A DNA stretch of 55,901 nt from a virus (Duplodnaviria; Caudoviricetes), in IMG/VR virus record IMGVR_UViG_3300045777_000097, positions 1 through 55,901 of that record. The stretch is one strand, 5' to 3'. The notes beneath the pieces are model-generated. The model was not told the DNA's origin, did not search any database, and saw only the letters and a list, made by a program, of their open reading frames with translations. Made by a program: the position numbers and the translations under genes. This document shows, piece after piece, positions 43,069-51,284 of this stretch. Within the stretch, counting starts at the first letter, position 1. The number at the start of each line of letters is the position of its first letter.

Positions 43069-45901
43069 TGCTTTCGATCGAGAACGTGAGCGCCACGACG
43101 GTCGCCGGGCGCGGGGAGGCCGCCTCGAGATAGATGCGGCAGTCGGTGTCGGTGTCGCCCGACCATTCCATCCGGGGGAAGTCGTAGTCCGCCCAGATCG
43201 TGTTCGCCGGGACCTCCATCCCCTGCTCGACGAGGGGCAGGTCGTCGATCGGGGCCAGCGTGTCCAGGAACGACGTCCCGCCGTTGCGAACCGGGTTCAG
43301 CTTGACGGCGCCGTAGCGAAGCCCCTGGCAATGGGTGTTGTGCAGGACGAACCCGATGTGGTCGACCCGCTTCTTCTCGCTGACCGCCGTGCCCTGCTGC
43401 GCGGCGTAGGCGAGCTTGGTCGACAGGTAGGGGGCCTTGTAGGGCAGCCCGAAGGTGATCGGCGTCACGGCCTCGGGAAGCGCCCCGTAGCCCGTTCCGT
43501 CGAGCGTGAGGAGGCCCGCCTCGGCGTTCGGGCCGAAGACCTCGATGCCGTTCGCCCAGACCGCGATAGCCTGCCCGGCGAGCCACGGCGCGGAGATCGA
43601 GCTCGTCGCCGCCCCGGTGTAGACGGCGTGGCAGTCGACGAGCTTGCAGACGGCGTCGCCGAAGCATTCATCGAGCCGGGCGAACTTCTCGTAGAAGCGG
43701 CCGTTCGGGCGGTTCACCACCACGTAGACCTGATCCTCGATCGTGCCCGGCAGAACGATCACGTCCTCGTAGGAGCCAAGCGTCGTCCGGCGCCAGAACG
43801 CTTTCACGTCGTCGGCCTCGTCGTAGAGCAGGGAGACCATCTGGCCGTCCGCGCGCACGAGGTGGATGATCGTGTCCGGGTTCCGCTGCACTGCCATGGC
43901 GACGAACCCGCCCCCGGTGTACGCGCCCGTCTGCGGGACGAGATCGCCGACCTCGGGATAGAGGTTGGATAATTCCACCGCCTTGTAGTTGTAGGTGTAG
44001 AGGTCATAGACCGCGAGGAAGATGCGCCGGGCCGACTGGTTGATGAAGATGGCCTTGTTGTCGATCTTCACCGCCTGGATTGCGGCGGTCCCCTGCGTCG
44101 TCGAAAACCTCAGATTGAAATTCGTCGGGGTGAGGGGCGTCTGGATCGCGTCCGAGCGCGCGACGATGATCTGGGTGTCGCCGCCGCCGAGCAGGTTGTC
44201 GATCGAGAGCAGCCAGTTGATGTCGGCGATCGGCCCCTGCCCAACCGTGATGTCGATGTAGGACGAATCGCCCTGCTGGTCGAAGTCGAAGTTGCTGTAG
44301 TCGTCCGAGGTTGAGCCCCACCAGCGATCCGCGCCGGCCCACCAGAGCCTGCCCTCGTGGATCGCGACGGACGTCGGGTATCCCTGGGCCGGGCTCCATT
44401 CCGATTGATGCCAGTCGTAGGCTGTCCCGCTCGAAGTGAACGGGACCAGGACTTCGATCTCGACCTCCGTCGGGCTGACGTAGCCGGTAACGTGGCAGAC
44501 GCCCTCGCCTCCGCCGCCCTGGTAGGCGATCGTGCAGACCGGGTTCCCCGTGACACCTGACCCGCTCACCCCGAGGCGATAATAGACGATCTCGTTGTTG
44601 AGATAATCGCACAGCACCTCCCCGGAGACATTGGAGGTGAATGTCTGGAAGGGGTTGAAGCCGGTCGTGTAGCCGTCAAATGAGCGCGACAGCGTGACCG
44701 TCCCGGACCATGTCCCGCTGATCGTGACGGCGTAATTGCGATCCGGCACGCTGATGTCGACGATCGAACCCCCGCTGACCTCCGACACGGACGACACGCC
44801 GGTCACGCGCACGGCGTCAGTCCATGTGTCGGGAAAGGAAATCTCTGCGGTGACGTATTGCTGCCAGTGGTAGAGGCGGAACAGGGTGCCGACGTCGTTA
44901 GGCGAAAAAATCGGCTGGTTGGCGGTCAAGGTCGTGTTCCCGACCGGCTGCGGGACGGAGAGCTTGACGGAAGCATCGCCGGGGACGGCGTTCATCGGCC
45001 CCTTAACCGGCTTGTAGAGCACGATCGACCACGACGTCACCCCGAACCGAACAATCTCGTATTGAGGGACGCCGGGCGCCGCCACGAAGATCACATCCGC
45101 CGACGGTGCGCACCGTAGCTTGCTCGGGGCCGCGAGGAGCGACGCCGGCCACGGCGTCGGAAGAACCATCGGCCCGGCGCCTTCAATCGCGATCGAAGCC
45201 ACTTTGACCTGCTGGTAGCCCTGCGGCGTCGAGCTCCGGACGGTGCTGTAATTCTCCGACGCGATCGTCGTGGCGAACTCGACGTAGGCGGTCGCTCCCG
45301 TCGGCGTGAAGGCGAACGAATAGGTCCCGGTGTCCAGCGTCGCGCTGATGAACAGGTCGTCCGCCCCTTCCGTGGTCCCCACCCGGAAGATGATCGGCCC
45401 GTTCTCGACCACGATCCTGACAGCGTGCTCGACCCCGATGTCCGCCGAGGAGATCGACAGCGCGCAGTCGACCGCGCACGAGGCGCCCGGGTTGAGGTTC
45501 CAGATCGCCAGCCCCGTCCCGTCGACCTGCAAGGCGGCGAGGCCCGTCTGCCGGGAGGCGTTCCAGCCGACCGCGCCAAAGACGGGGATGTGGGTCGAGA
45601 CGGCGTTCCGGGTGACGATGGCGTCGTTGACCGCCACCCGCATCGCGCCGCCGGTGAGCTCGATGACCGCGACGTCGTCGGCCTGCGCGACGAACGGGAC
45701 CGCCTTGCCGTGCTGGCCTCCGTTGGGCTCCCACAGCATCTCCGACCCGGGCCGCAGCGTCATGGGCCCCAGCACGCGAGGCTGCCAGTTCTCCTGCAGT
45801 TGCGCGGCGAGGCGAAGGTGCTCGACGTCCGTCCGGCCGAGAACCTGGGGCGAGACCTCGCCGCGATTCATCGCGTTTAGGATAATATCCTGTCTAGCCA
45901 T
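43061..45901 (-). CDS. Tail tubular protein B / nozzle (T7 gp12-like)
   Basis: NAMNRGEVSP...GRTD, LRPG, WSPAQGYPTSVAIHEGRLWWAG, FGLPY; the track ORF is over-extended to 46027. Confidence 0.85.
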   Translation of the reverse strand: MARQDIILNAMNRGEVSPQVLGRTDVEHLRLAAQLQENWQPRVLGPMTLRPGSEMLWEPNGGQHGKAVPFVAQADDVAVIELTGGAMRVAVNDAIVTRNAVSTHIPVFGAVGWNASRQTGLAALQVDGTGLAIWNLNPGASCAVDCALSISSADIGVEHAVRIVVENGPIIFRVGTTEGADDLFISATLDTGTYSFAFTPTGATAYVEFATTIASENYSTVRSSTPQGYQQVKVASIAIEGAGPMVLPTPWPASLLAAPSKLRCAPSADVIFVAAPGVPQYEIVRFGVTSWSIVLYKPVKGPMNAVPGDASVKLSVPQPVGNTTLTANQPIFSPNDVGTLFRLYHWQQYVTAEISFPDTWTDAVRVTGVSSVSEVSGGSIVDISVPDRNYAVTISGTWSGTVTLSRSFDGYTTGFNPFQTFTSNVSGEVLCDYLNNEIVYYRLGVSGSGVTGNPVCTIAYQGGGGEGVCHVTGYVSPTEVEIEVLVPFTSSGTAYDWHQSEWSPAQGYPTSVAIHEGRLWWAGADRWWGSTSDDYSNFDFDQQGDSSYIDITVGQGPIADINWLLSIDNLLGGGDTQIIVARSDAIQTPLTPTNFNLRFSTTQGTAAIQAVKIDNKAIFINQSARRIFLAVYDLYTYNYKAVELSNLYPEVGDLVPQTGAYTGGGFVAMAVQRNPDTIIHLVRADGQMVSLLYDEADDVKAFWRRTTLGSYEDVIVLPGTIEDQVYVVVNRPNGRFYEKFARLDECFGDAVCKLVDCHAVYTGAATSSISAPWLAGQAIAVWANGIEVFGPNAEAGLLTLDGTGYGALPEAVTPITFGLPYKAPYLSTKLAYAAQQGTAVSEKKRVDHIGFVLHNTHCQGLRYGAVKLNPVRNGGTSFLDTLAPIDDLPLVEQGMEVPANTIWADYDFPRMEWSGDTDTDCRIYLEAASPRPATVVALTFSIESNG

Positions 45902-45902
45902 G

Positions 45903-45931
45903 TTGCCCCAAGTGGTGAGGTTAACTAATAT
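45903..45931 (+). promoter_or_regulatory. Sigma70-like promoter for the HNH gene (probably leaderless)
   Basis: TTGCCC-17 nt-TAATAT ending 6 nt before the ATG at 45938. Confidence 0.5.
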
Positions 45932-45937
45932 ATCTGG

Positions 45938-46600
45938 ATGCTCGATCTCACCAACCAACGATTCGGGATGCTCGTCGCCCTCAAACGAGTGCCGCTCAAG
46001 GACAGCACCTCCGGGTGGCTCTGCCAATGCGACTGCGGAGAGCTATGGCGCGGCCCTACCAATTGCCTGCGCAGCGGTAACACAAAGTCGTGCGGATGTC
46101 GCCGAGGCGCGGCGACACACGGCCACATGCGTGGCGGGACAGGAACGCCGACATACTCGTCTTGGAGCGCGATGATCTCCCGCTGCGCCCACCCATCGAA
46201 CCCCGCCTACACCCACTATAAGAAACTCGGCATCGGGGTATGCGACCGATGGCGCCACGGGGAGGGAGGGAAGGGCGGGTTCGAGTGCTTCCTCGAGGAT
46301 ATGGGCGAAAGGCCATCGCTAAAACTTACCATCGACCGCCGCGACAACGATGGCCACTACGAACCGGGCAACTGCCGCTGGGCGACAAAGCGGGTCCAAG
46401 CCAACAATCGCCGAACAAATAAGCTGTTTGAATATCAAGGGCGAATGATGACCTTCGCTGACCTCGTGCGTGCGACGGGAGTGGAAAAGGAGCTTTTGCG
46501 CCATCGCCTGTTGCGGGCGGGATGGACCCTCGATGAGGCTATCAATGGGCCAAAGCAGCCGGGGCGGCGACGCGACATGGAGCGCCCGAAAGCCGCCTAG
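45938..46600 (+). CDS. Free-standing HNH-type homing endonuclease, antisense to the late operon
   Basis: DLTNQRFGMLV, WLCQCDCG, TKSCGC, WSAMISRC, VCDRW, FLEDMGERP, TIDRRDNDGHYEPGNCRWAT. Confidence 0.88.
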   Translation: MLDLTNQRFGMLVALKRVPLKDSTSGWLCQCDCGELWRGPTNCLRSGNTKSCGCRRGAATHGHMRGGTGTPTYSSWSAMISRCAHPSNPAYTHYKKLGIGVCDRWRHGEGGKGGFECFLEDMGERPSLKLTIDRRDNDGHYEPGNCRWATKRVQANNRRTNKLFEYQGRMMTFADLVRATGVEKELLRHRLLRAGWTLDEAINGPKQPGRRRDMERPKAA

Positions 46601-47241
46601 TCGTCGTTGCCGCCGAAGGGGCTTCCCATCGGCAGGATGGATCCACGCGGCGCCCGGGACTGGACCCACGTCCCGTAGGGCGGCTTCCCCGGCGGGAGGT
46701 CCTGCGAATCGGTCGACACGGCCTCTGACTTAGCCTGTTTCATCTCCTTCTTGATGCGGTCGACCTTGTCCAACGCCTGCTTGAGTCGTGGGGCGCAAAG
46801 CCACGCCAGGCGGGCGGCGACGTATTCCGTATAGGCCGGCGTCCAGATGCCGAGGTTCAGCCCGTAATTCGGGTCGTTCGAGATATAGCGAACGTAGATC
46901 GTCCCGATGTTCGCGTACCAGAAACCGTTCTGGTCGGTGTAGTCCCGGAGCAGCGGGTCATAGGCCTCGTTGTCGGAGACCATGAAGGTGTGATTCCAGT
47001 CGGTCGGCTTCGGGAAGGCGAAGGCGAAACCGAAGTTCGGGACTTGCAGGGCCGACGCTTCGAGCATCACCTCGCGCTTGGCGAAGTTCCAGTTTCCCTG
47101 CGACAGACAATAGAGGTTGTTGTCGTCGTATTCGTCGTCGAGGTAACGCCGCGACTCCCGGTTCTCCGTCAGGTTGACGAGCTTGCGCTCCTCGAGGTGG
47201 CGGAGGGCCTTGTTGTAGAGGCCGAGTCGCGACGTTCCCAT
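46597..47241 (-). CDS. Tail tubular protein A / adaptor (T7 gp11-like)
   Basis: LYNKALRHL, WNFAKR, FAFPKPTDW, VAARLA. Confidence 0.85.
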   Translation of the reverse strand: MGTSRLGLYNKALRHLEERKLVNLTENRESRRYLDDEYDDNNLYCLSQGNWNFAKREVMLEASALQVPNFGFAFAFPKPTDWNHTFMVSDNEAYDPLLRDYTDQNGFWYANIGTIYVRYISNDPNYGLNLGIWTPAYTEYVAARLAWLCAPRLKQALDKVDRIKKEMKQAKSEAVSTDSQDLPPGKPPYGTWVQSRAPRGSILPMGSPFGGNDD

Positions 47242-47256
47242 GTGTCGATCCTCCGA

Positions 47257-47799
47257 TCAGGCGATGCGGCGGCTGTCCATCCGGACGAACTCGGCGAGCC
47301 ACGCCCGGGCGGCGTCCTCGGTCTTGAGGGAGCCGTCCCCCTTGACCACCCGACCAGTCGTGCTGTCGACGACGCCCCACTCCTTGATGAGACCCAGATA
47401 CCGGACCTCGTAGTCGGACGCCGGGCCGCCGGCGGCCACCGCGCGCGGCACGACGATCGGCTCGCCGAACACCCGGACCTCCGCCCAATTCATCCCGCAG
47501 CCGAACACGACGAGCTCGACGTAAAGGCGGCCGTCCTCGCTCATGCAGACGATCTTGTCGCCGCGGCGCAGCTTCAGCGCGACCGTCCCCCAGAACTTTT
47601 TCTCCAAAAGGTCGTTGACGGTGACGGTCTGGTCGAGATGGACGAGCCACTCGTTTTGCTTGATCTCGCGAGGATGGAAATGGCGTTCCTCGAGCGGTTT
47701 CGAGGGAGGGCGATCATGGCCGGGGACGATCTTCTCGGCGATCTCAAGCGCAACCGGGGAGGGGTCTTCTGGCGATTTCTGGGACTTTTCGACGGCCAT
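47257..47799 (-). CDS. Hypothetical protein between capsid and tail genes
   Basis: 180 aa; AAGGA RBS; protein-like composition. Confidence 0.75.
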   Translation of the reverse strand: MAVEKSQKSPEDPSPVALEIAEKIVPGHDRPPSKPLEERHFHPREIKQNEWLVHLDQTVTVNDLLEKKFWGTVALKLRRGDKIVCMSEDGRLYVELVVFGCGMNWAEVRVFGEPIVVPRAVAAGGPASDYEVRYLGLIKEWGVVDSTTGRVVKGDGSLKTEDAARAWLAEFVRMDSRRIA

Positions 47800-47858
47800 A
47801 GGTGATTCCTTTTCGGTCACTGGCAGGCGTCAATTATCACACCGCCGCCCCGGCAAGC

Positions 47859-47888
47859 AAAAGGGCCGTTCCGGCGGGAACGGCCCTT
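47859..47888 (-). terminator. Intrinsic terminator after the capsid genes
   Basis: 12-bp perfect stem AAGGGCCGTTCC/GGAACGGCCCTT ending in TTTT on the minus strand. Confidence 0.75.
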
Positions 47889-47936
47889 CGCTTCGGACGC
47901 AAAGTCGCGGCGGCTTCGTTCGCGCCCGGAAGTCGA

Positions 47937-48230
47937 TTACGCGCCCGTGACGATGAAGCCGGACGTCGCGTCGTAGCCGCTCGCGGTGTACGGGGCGGTC
48001 GTAAAATAACAAAGATGAACGGTCCACGGCCCGACCGGGCCGGCGGAGCCCACGTACACGAAGACTACGTCGCCCTGCGCCACGCCGCGCTTCATCGCGT
48101 CCGAGAAATAGCCGGCGCCGTTGACGGTCGCGATCGCGTCGGCCGTGAAGTAGACGTATTCCTTCGGATTGAAGGTCGCCCCACCGATCGCGGCGTCGCG
48201 AAGGAGGAGCTTGCTGCCATCGTAAGCCAC
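47937..48230 (-). CDS. Small virion protein (capsid decoration-like)
   Basis: Follows the MCP; TADAIATVNGAGYFSDA...GDVVFV. Confidence 0.65.
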   Translation of the reverse strand: MAYDGSKLLLRDAAIGGATFNPKEYVYFTADAIATVNGAGYFSDAMKRGVAQGDVVFVYVGSAGPVGPWTVHLCYFTTAPYTASGYDATSGFIVTGA

Positions 48231-48270
48231 TGTCGAAATCCTTTCCTAGACCAGGAGGGAGGCCCGCGCT

Positions 48271-49131
48271 TTACGCGAGGGCCGAGCCGTCGTGGGGGAC
48301 CTGCACGATGCCCTTGGTCTGCAGGAGCTTGGAGCCCATGAAGACCGAGGTGCGCGCCCACGAGTAATCCTGGCGCTTGTGGTAGTCCGCCATGGCGGTG
48401 ATCTCGCCGGAATTGACGGCGTGGCCGATGGCCGACCTGTGATAGGCGTAACAGAGCTCGTCGTTGGTCGAGTTTCCGGTGATGAGCGGCGTCTCGATCC
48501 AGTTGAACCCGCCCCAGCGCATCATCCTCTTGGCGGCCTTCGAGGCGCCGGTCGGGAGGTTGGGCTGCGTCAGGGGCTTCGCGTCGACCCACTGGACGTT
48601 CACGAACTCCTTGATCTGTAGCAGGTAGCCCATGAACCCCGGGGTAATGACGAAGTGCATTTCGTCGATCTCGTCGACCGGGACCTGCTGATTCGCGAGT
48701 TTGGTCCGCGCCCGGAGCACGAGCGAAAGCGTCGCGGCCTGCGCGGCGCCGGTGTTGTTCGTCGAGGAAGCCATCGCCGACAGGATGTCGAGGTCGATCG
48801 TGCGGTTGATGACCTTCATCGAGGTCTCTTGCATGATCCGCCGGCCGTCGCCTTGCGATGCGAACAGGTTGAACCCGGTGCGCTGCACGAGGTCGTGCTG
48901 TTCCACGAGCGTCGCGGTGTACTGGTTCAGGTTGTCGGTGCGGGGCGGGATCATGCCGTTCACGCCGCGGGTCTGCGCGACGGCGCCGCCGGAATCGGCG
49001 ACAAGGAACGTGGCCTGGTTGCCCTTGATGACGGCCTCGGTAACGACGCAGGTCCGCAAAAGGGACTGCCCGACCTCGAAGCCGGCGATAAACTCTTCTC
49101 GATACTGGATCTGGAATGCGGTGTCGGACAC
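48271..49131 (-). CDS. Major capsid protein
   Basis: QYREEFIAGFE...SLLR, INRTIDLDIL, WGGFNWI, YHRSAIGHA; follows the scaffold gene. Confidence 0.9.
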   Translation of the reverse strand: MSDTAFQIQYREEFIAGFEVGQSLLRTCVVTEAVIKGNQATFLVADSGGAVAQTRGVNGMIPPRTDNLNQYTATLVEQHDLVQRTGFNLFASQGDGRRIMQETSMKVINRTIDLDILSAMASSTNNTGAAQAATLSLVLRARTKLANQQVPVDEIDEMHFVITPGFMGYLLQIKEFVNVQWVDAKPLTQPNLPTGASKAAKRMMRWGGFNWIETPLITGNSTNDELCYAYHRSAIGHAVNSGEITAMADYHKRQDYSWARTSVFMGSKLLQTKGIVQVPHDGSALA

Positions 49132-49311
49132 GGAAATCTCCCGTCGAAAGAGAACTTTTCAGTTCGCTTCGGATCGGGTTTCCGTGGGGGACGTGGCCGG
49201 GTTGCCGGGCTTTGGCCGGGCCGGCGATCGGTCCCTTGAGGGCCTTTCGTCTGCTATGTCACCGCCCCCTCCCGGGCCGTTTCCGGGTTTCCGGGGAGAG
49301 GCGGTAACGGT

Positions 49312-49340
49312 CCTATATGCCGATTTGTTTTCGCTGTCCA
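49312..49340 (-). promoter_or_regulatory. Sigma70-like promoter upstream of the ~175-nt capsid leader
   Basis: TGGACA-17 nt-TATAGG. Confidence 0.55.
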
Positions 49341-49349
49341 GATAGGGCG

Positions 49350-50396
49350 TCAGCCCCGCGCGCCGGCCGCCGCGATCCGCTCCTTGAGTCCGACGAGCTC
49401 GCGGAATCGAGCCTGCAACCCCTGGGCATCGTTCCCCTTCCAATACTTGCTTTCGCGGTCGCGCATGAGGCCCTGCAGGGTGGCGTATTCGGCCTCGACG
49501 GTCTGCGCCGCCGCCTGCCCGTTGCCGGGGAGATCGCGCGCGTAGGGGTCGCCCTTCACGAACTCGGCGACGAGCGCGTTGAGGATGTCCGGGTTGTCGC
49601 CGATGCGGCGCCCGTCCGGCCCGCGCGCGGTCATGATGGTCGCGTAGGCGCCGTCGTAGCGGTCGAAGACGGTCTTGAGGAAGTTCTGGTTCTTGGTGGT
49701 CTCGCCGCCCCACAACTCGCGCAGCTTCTGGCTCGCGGCCTGGGCGTTCGTGGCGTCGCTCTCGTTCTGCTGGTCGACGAGCCGGTCCTGGTACTGCGCC
49801 CACCACCCGAGGTTACGTTTGACCTCGTCCGGGGTCGCGTTGTGCTCGTGCGCCCATTTCAGGAAGTCGTCGATGTGCGGCTTGTCGGTCTCGCCCCAGA
49901 CGATGCCGTTGCCGAGATTGACGTCGTAGTCCTCCGGCTTCTCGGGGACGCCGTTGGCCTTGCGCCACTCGGCGAGCTCCTCGGAGGAATAATGGCTCGG
50001 GAGCGCCTTCCGGTATTTGCCGCTCGAGAGGTCCTTTTCGAGCGCGAGGAAGGAATCGAGGATCTTGCCCGGGTCGGTGAAGCGCGCGAGCCGCTCGGCC
50101 TTCTTCTTGTCCTCGCCTGCGACGAGCTTGCGCCAGTCCTCCGGCCAGGTGGTCGGCGACGGATCGCCCTTGGGCGCGGAGGGGTCGGCGGCGCTCGCCG
50201 GCGGCGCCTTCGGCGGCGCGGCGCCCTTGTCCCCTTCGACCTTCGGTTCCGCCGGGGGGGTCGATGCGACGACAGGCTCTACCGGCGGAGTCGCCAATGT
50301 CCCGCCTGCGCCCGTACCCGCGCCCGTTCCGCCGCCGACGCCCATGCCGGGATCGCCGCCGCCGCCCGCTGCGGGCGTGTTATCTGGATTTGCCAT
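49350..50396 (-). CDS. Capsid scaffolding/assembly protein
   Basis: Pro/Gly-rich N-terminus, WPEDWR, GVPEKPEDY, LRELWG, YW near the C-terminus; upstream of the MCP. Confidence 0.8.
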   Translation of the reverse strand: MANPDNTPAAGGGGDPGMGVGGGTGAGTGAGGTLATPPVEPVVASTPPAEPKVEGDKGAAPPKAPPASAADPSAPKGDPSPTTWPEDWRKLVAGEDKKKAERLARFTDPGKILDSFLALEKDLSSGKYRKALPSHYSSEELAEWRKANGVPEKPEDYDVNLGNGIVWGETDKPHIDDFLKWAHEHNATPDEVKRNLGWWAQYQDRLVDQQNESDATNAQAASQKLRELWGGETTKNQNFLKTVFDRYDGAYATIMTARGPDGRRIGDNPDILNALVAEFVKGDPYARDLPGNGQAAAQTVEAEYATLQGLMRDRESKYWKGNDAQGLQARFRELVGLKERIAAAGARG

Positions 50397-50494
50397 TGCC
50401 GCCTGTCTCCGGTATTCGGATTAGCGACCGTCTGACCAGCGGTTTGGCGACCAAAGCGCCCGTCGAGCCCCCGCTCGGCGGGTTTTTCATTGGG

Positions 50495-50911
50495 TCAGTC
50501 CCGCCACGTCGCGGCTTTGACCGCCCACATTTGCGCGGTCTGCGCCTCGGTGATGGCGATGCTGAACAGCCTCATTCGCTCCGGAGACGGCTTCGGCGCG
50601 GCCGCGTCAGCCGGCACATTCGCCGCCGCGCGTTCCGCGTTGCATATGTCGATGATCTCGGCGTACAGCGCCTTGAGCCGGTCGACCTGCGGGAGAGCGG
50701 ACGGGTTGAACGAGGCGCCGACCGCCTTCTGTCCGAAGGTCGGCTTCTCGTCGGGCTGGACCTCGTGAATGTGGAAGTCGCAACCGCCGTGGACGTAGAA
50801 GTCCTCTTTCGTTTTCGGTTCGACAGTGCGCACCGTCTGGCCGCCGGCCATGATGCTCGTCACGCGGACCGGCCAGCCGGCATGCGCGTCAATGCTGATT
50901 TTGGTGGTCAT
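50495..50911 (-). CDS. Two-domain protein with C-terminal Acb2/Tad1-like helical hairpin (candidate nucleotide-signal sponge)
   Basis: TFGQKAVGASFNPS...VDRLK...IID...RLFSIAITEAQTAQMWAVKAAT; GAAGGA RBS. Confidence 0.6.
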   Translation of the reverse strand: MTTKISIDAHAGWPVRVTSIMAGGQTVRTVEPKTKEDFYVHGGCDFHIHEVQPDEKPTFGQKAVGASFNPSALPQVDRLKALYAEIIDICNAERAAANVPADAAAPKPSPERMRLFSIAITEAQTAQMWAVKAATWRD

Positions 50912-50936
50912 AGATTTTCCTTCTGTAAACCCCGAC

Positions 50937-51284
50937 TCAGTTGGTCGGCATCTCGTCGTCTTCCAGCCCGGCCGGCGAGAACGCGAGCCGCGGCAGCTTC
51001 GTGATGACGTCCGGCCCCATCCGGCAGATGCGTGCGATCTGATGCCCGACGAATCGCTTCCCGTCGGCAAAGACGTGGTCCCGCTCGTCCGGCCGATAGG
51101 TCATCGCGTCGACCTCGCAGAGCACATGCAGGATGAAGCGCAGAGCCACGCCCTGTTCGGCCTCGCTGGCGCGCCCTTCCATGAGAGCCTTGATCGCCCA
51201 CGCCTGCTCCTGCGTGACCGACGGGGGCAGGTAGGGGGCATTGGCGGGAACCCTGACGGGAACGGTCTTGAATTTCTCCGCCAA
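50937..51284 (-). CDS. Bbp19-like phage protein
   Basis: TYRPDERDHVFADGKRFVGHQI motif; directly after the portal. Confidence 0.7.
   Translation of the reverse strand: MAEKFKTVPVRVPANAPYLPPSVTQEQAWAIKALMEGRASEAEQGVALRFILHVLCEVDAMTYRPDERDHVFADGKRFVGHQIARICRMGPDVITKLPRLAFSPAGLEDDEMPTN

Noticed and set aside
50470-50487. CCCGC-TCG-GCGGG-TTTTT terminator-like hairpin
   Set aside because: The T-tract is on the plus strand, opposite to the local genes, and the stem is short; function unsupported
50912-51070. 191-aa version of the Acb2/Tad1-like ORF
   Set aside because: The extension overlaps the Bbp19-like gene; ATG 50911 has a good RBS
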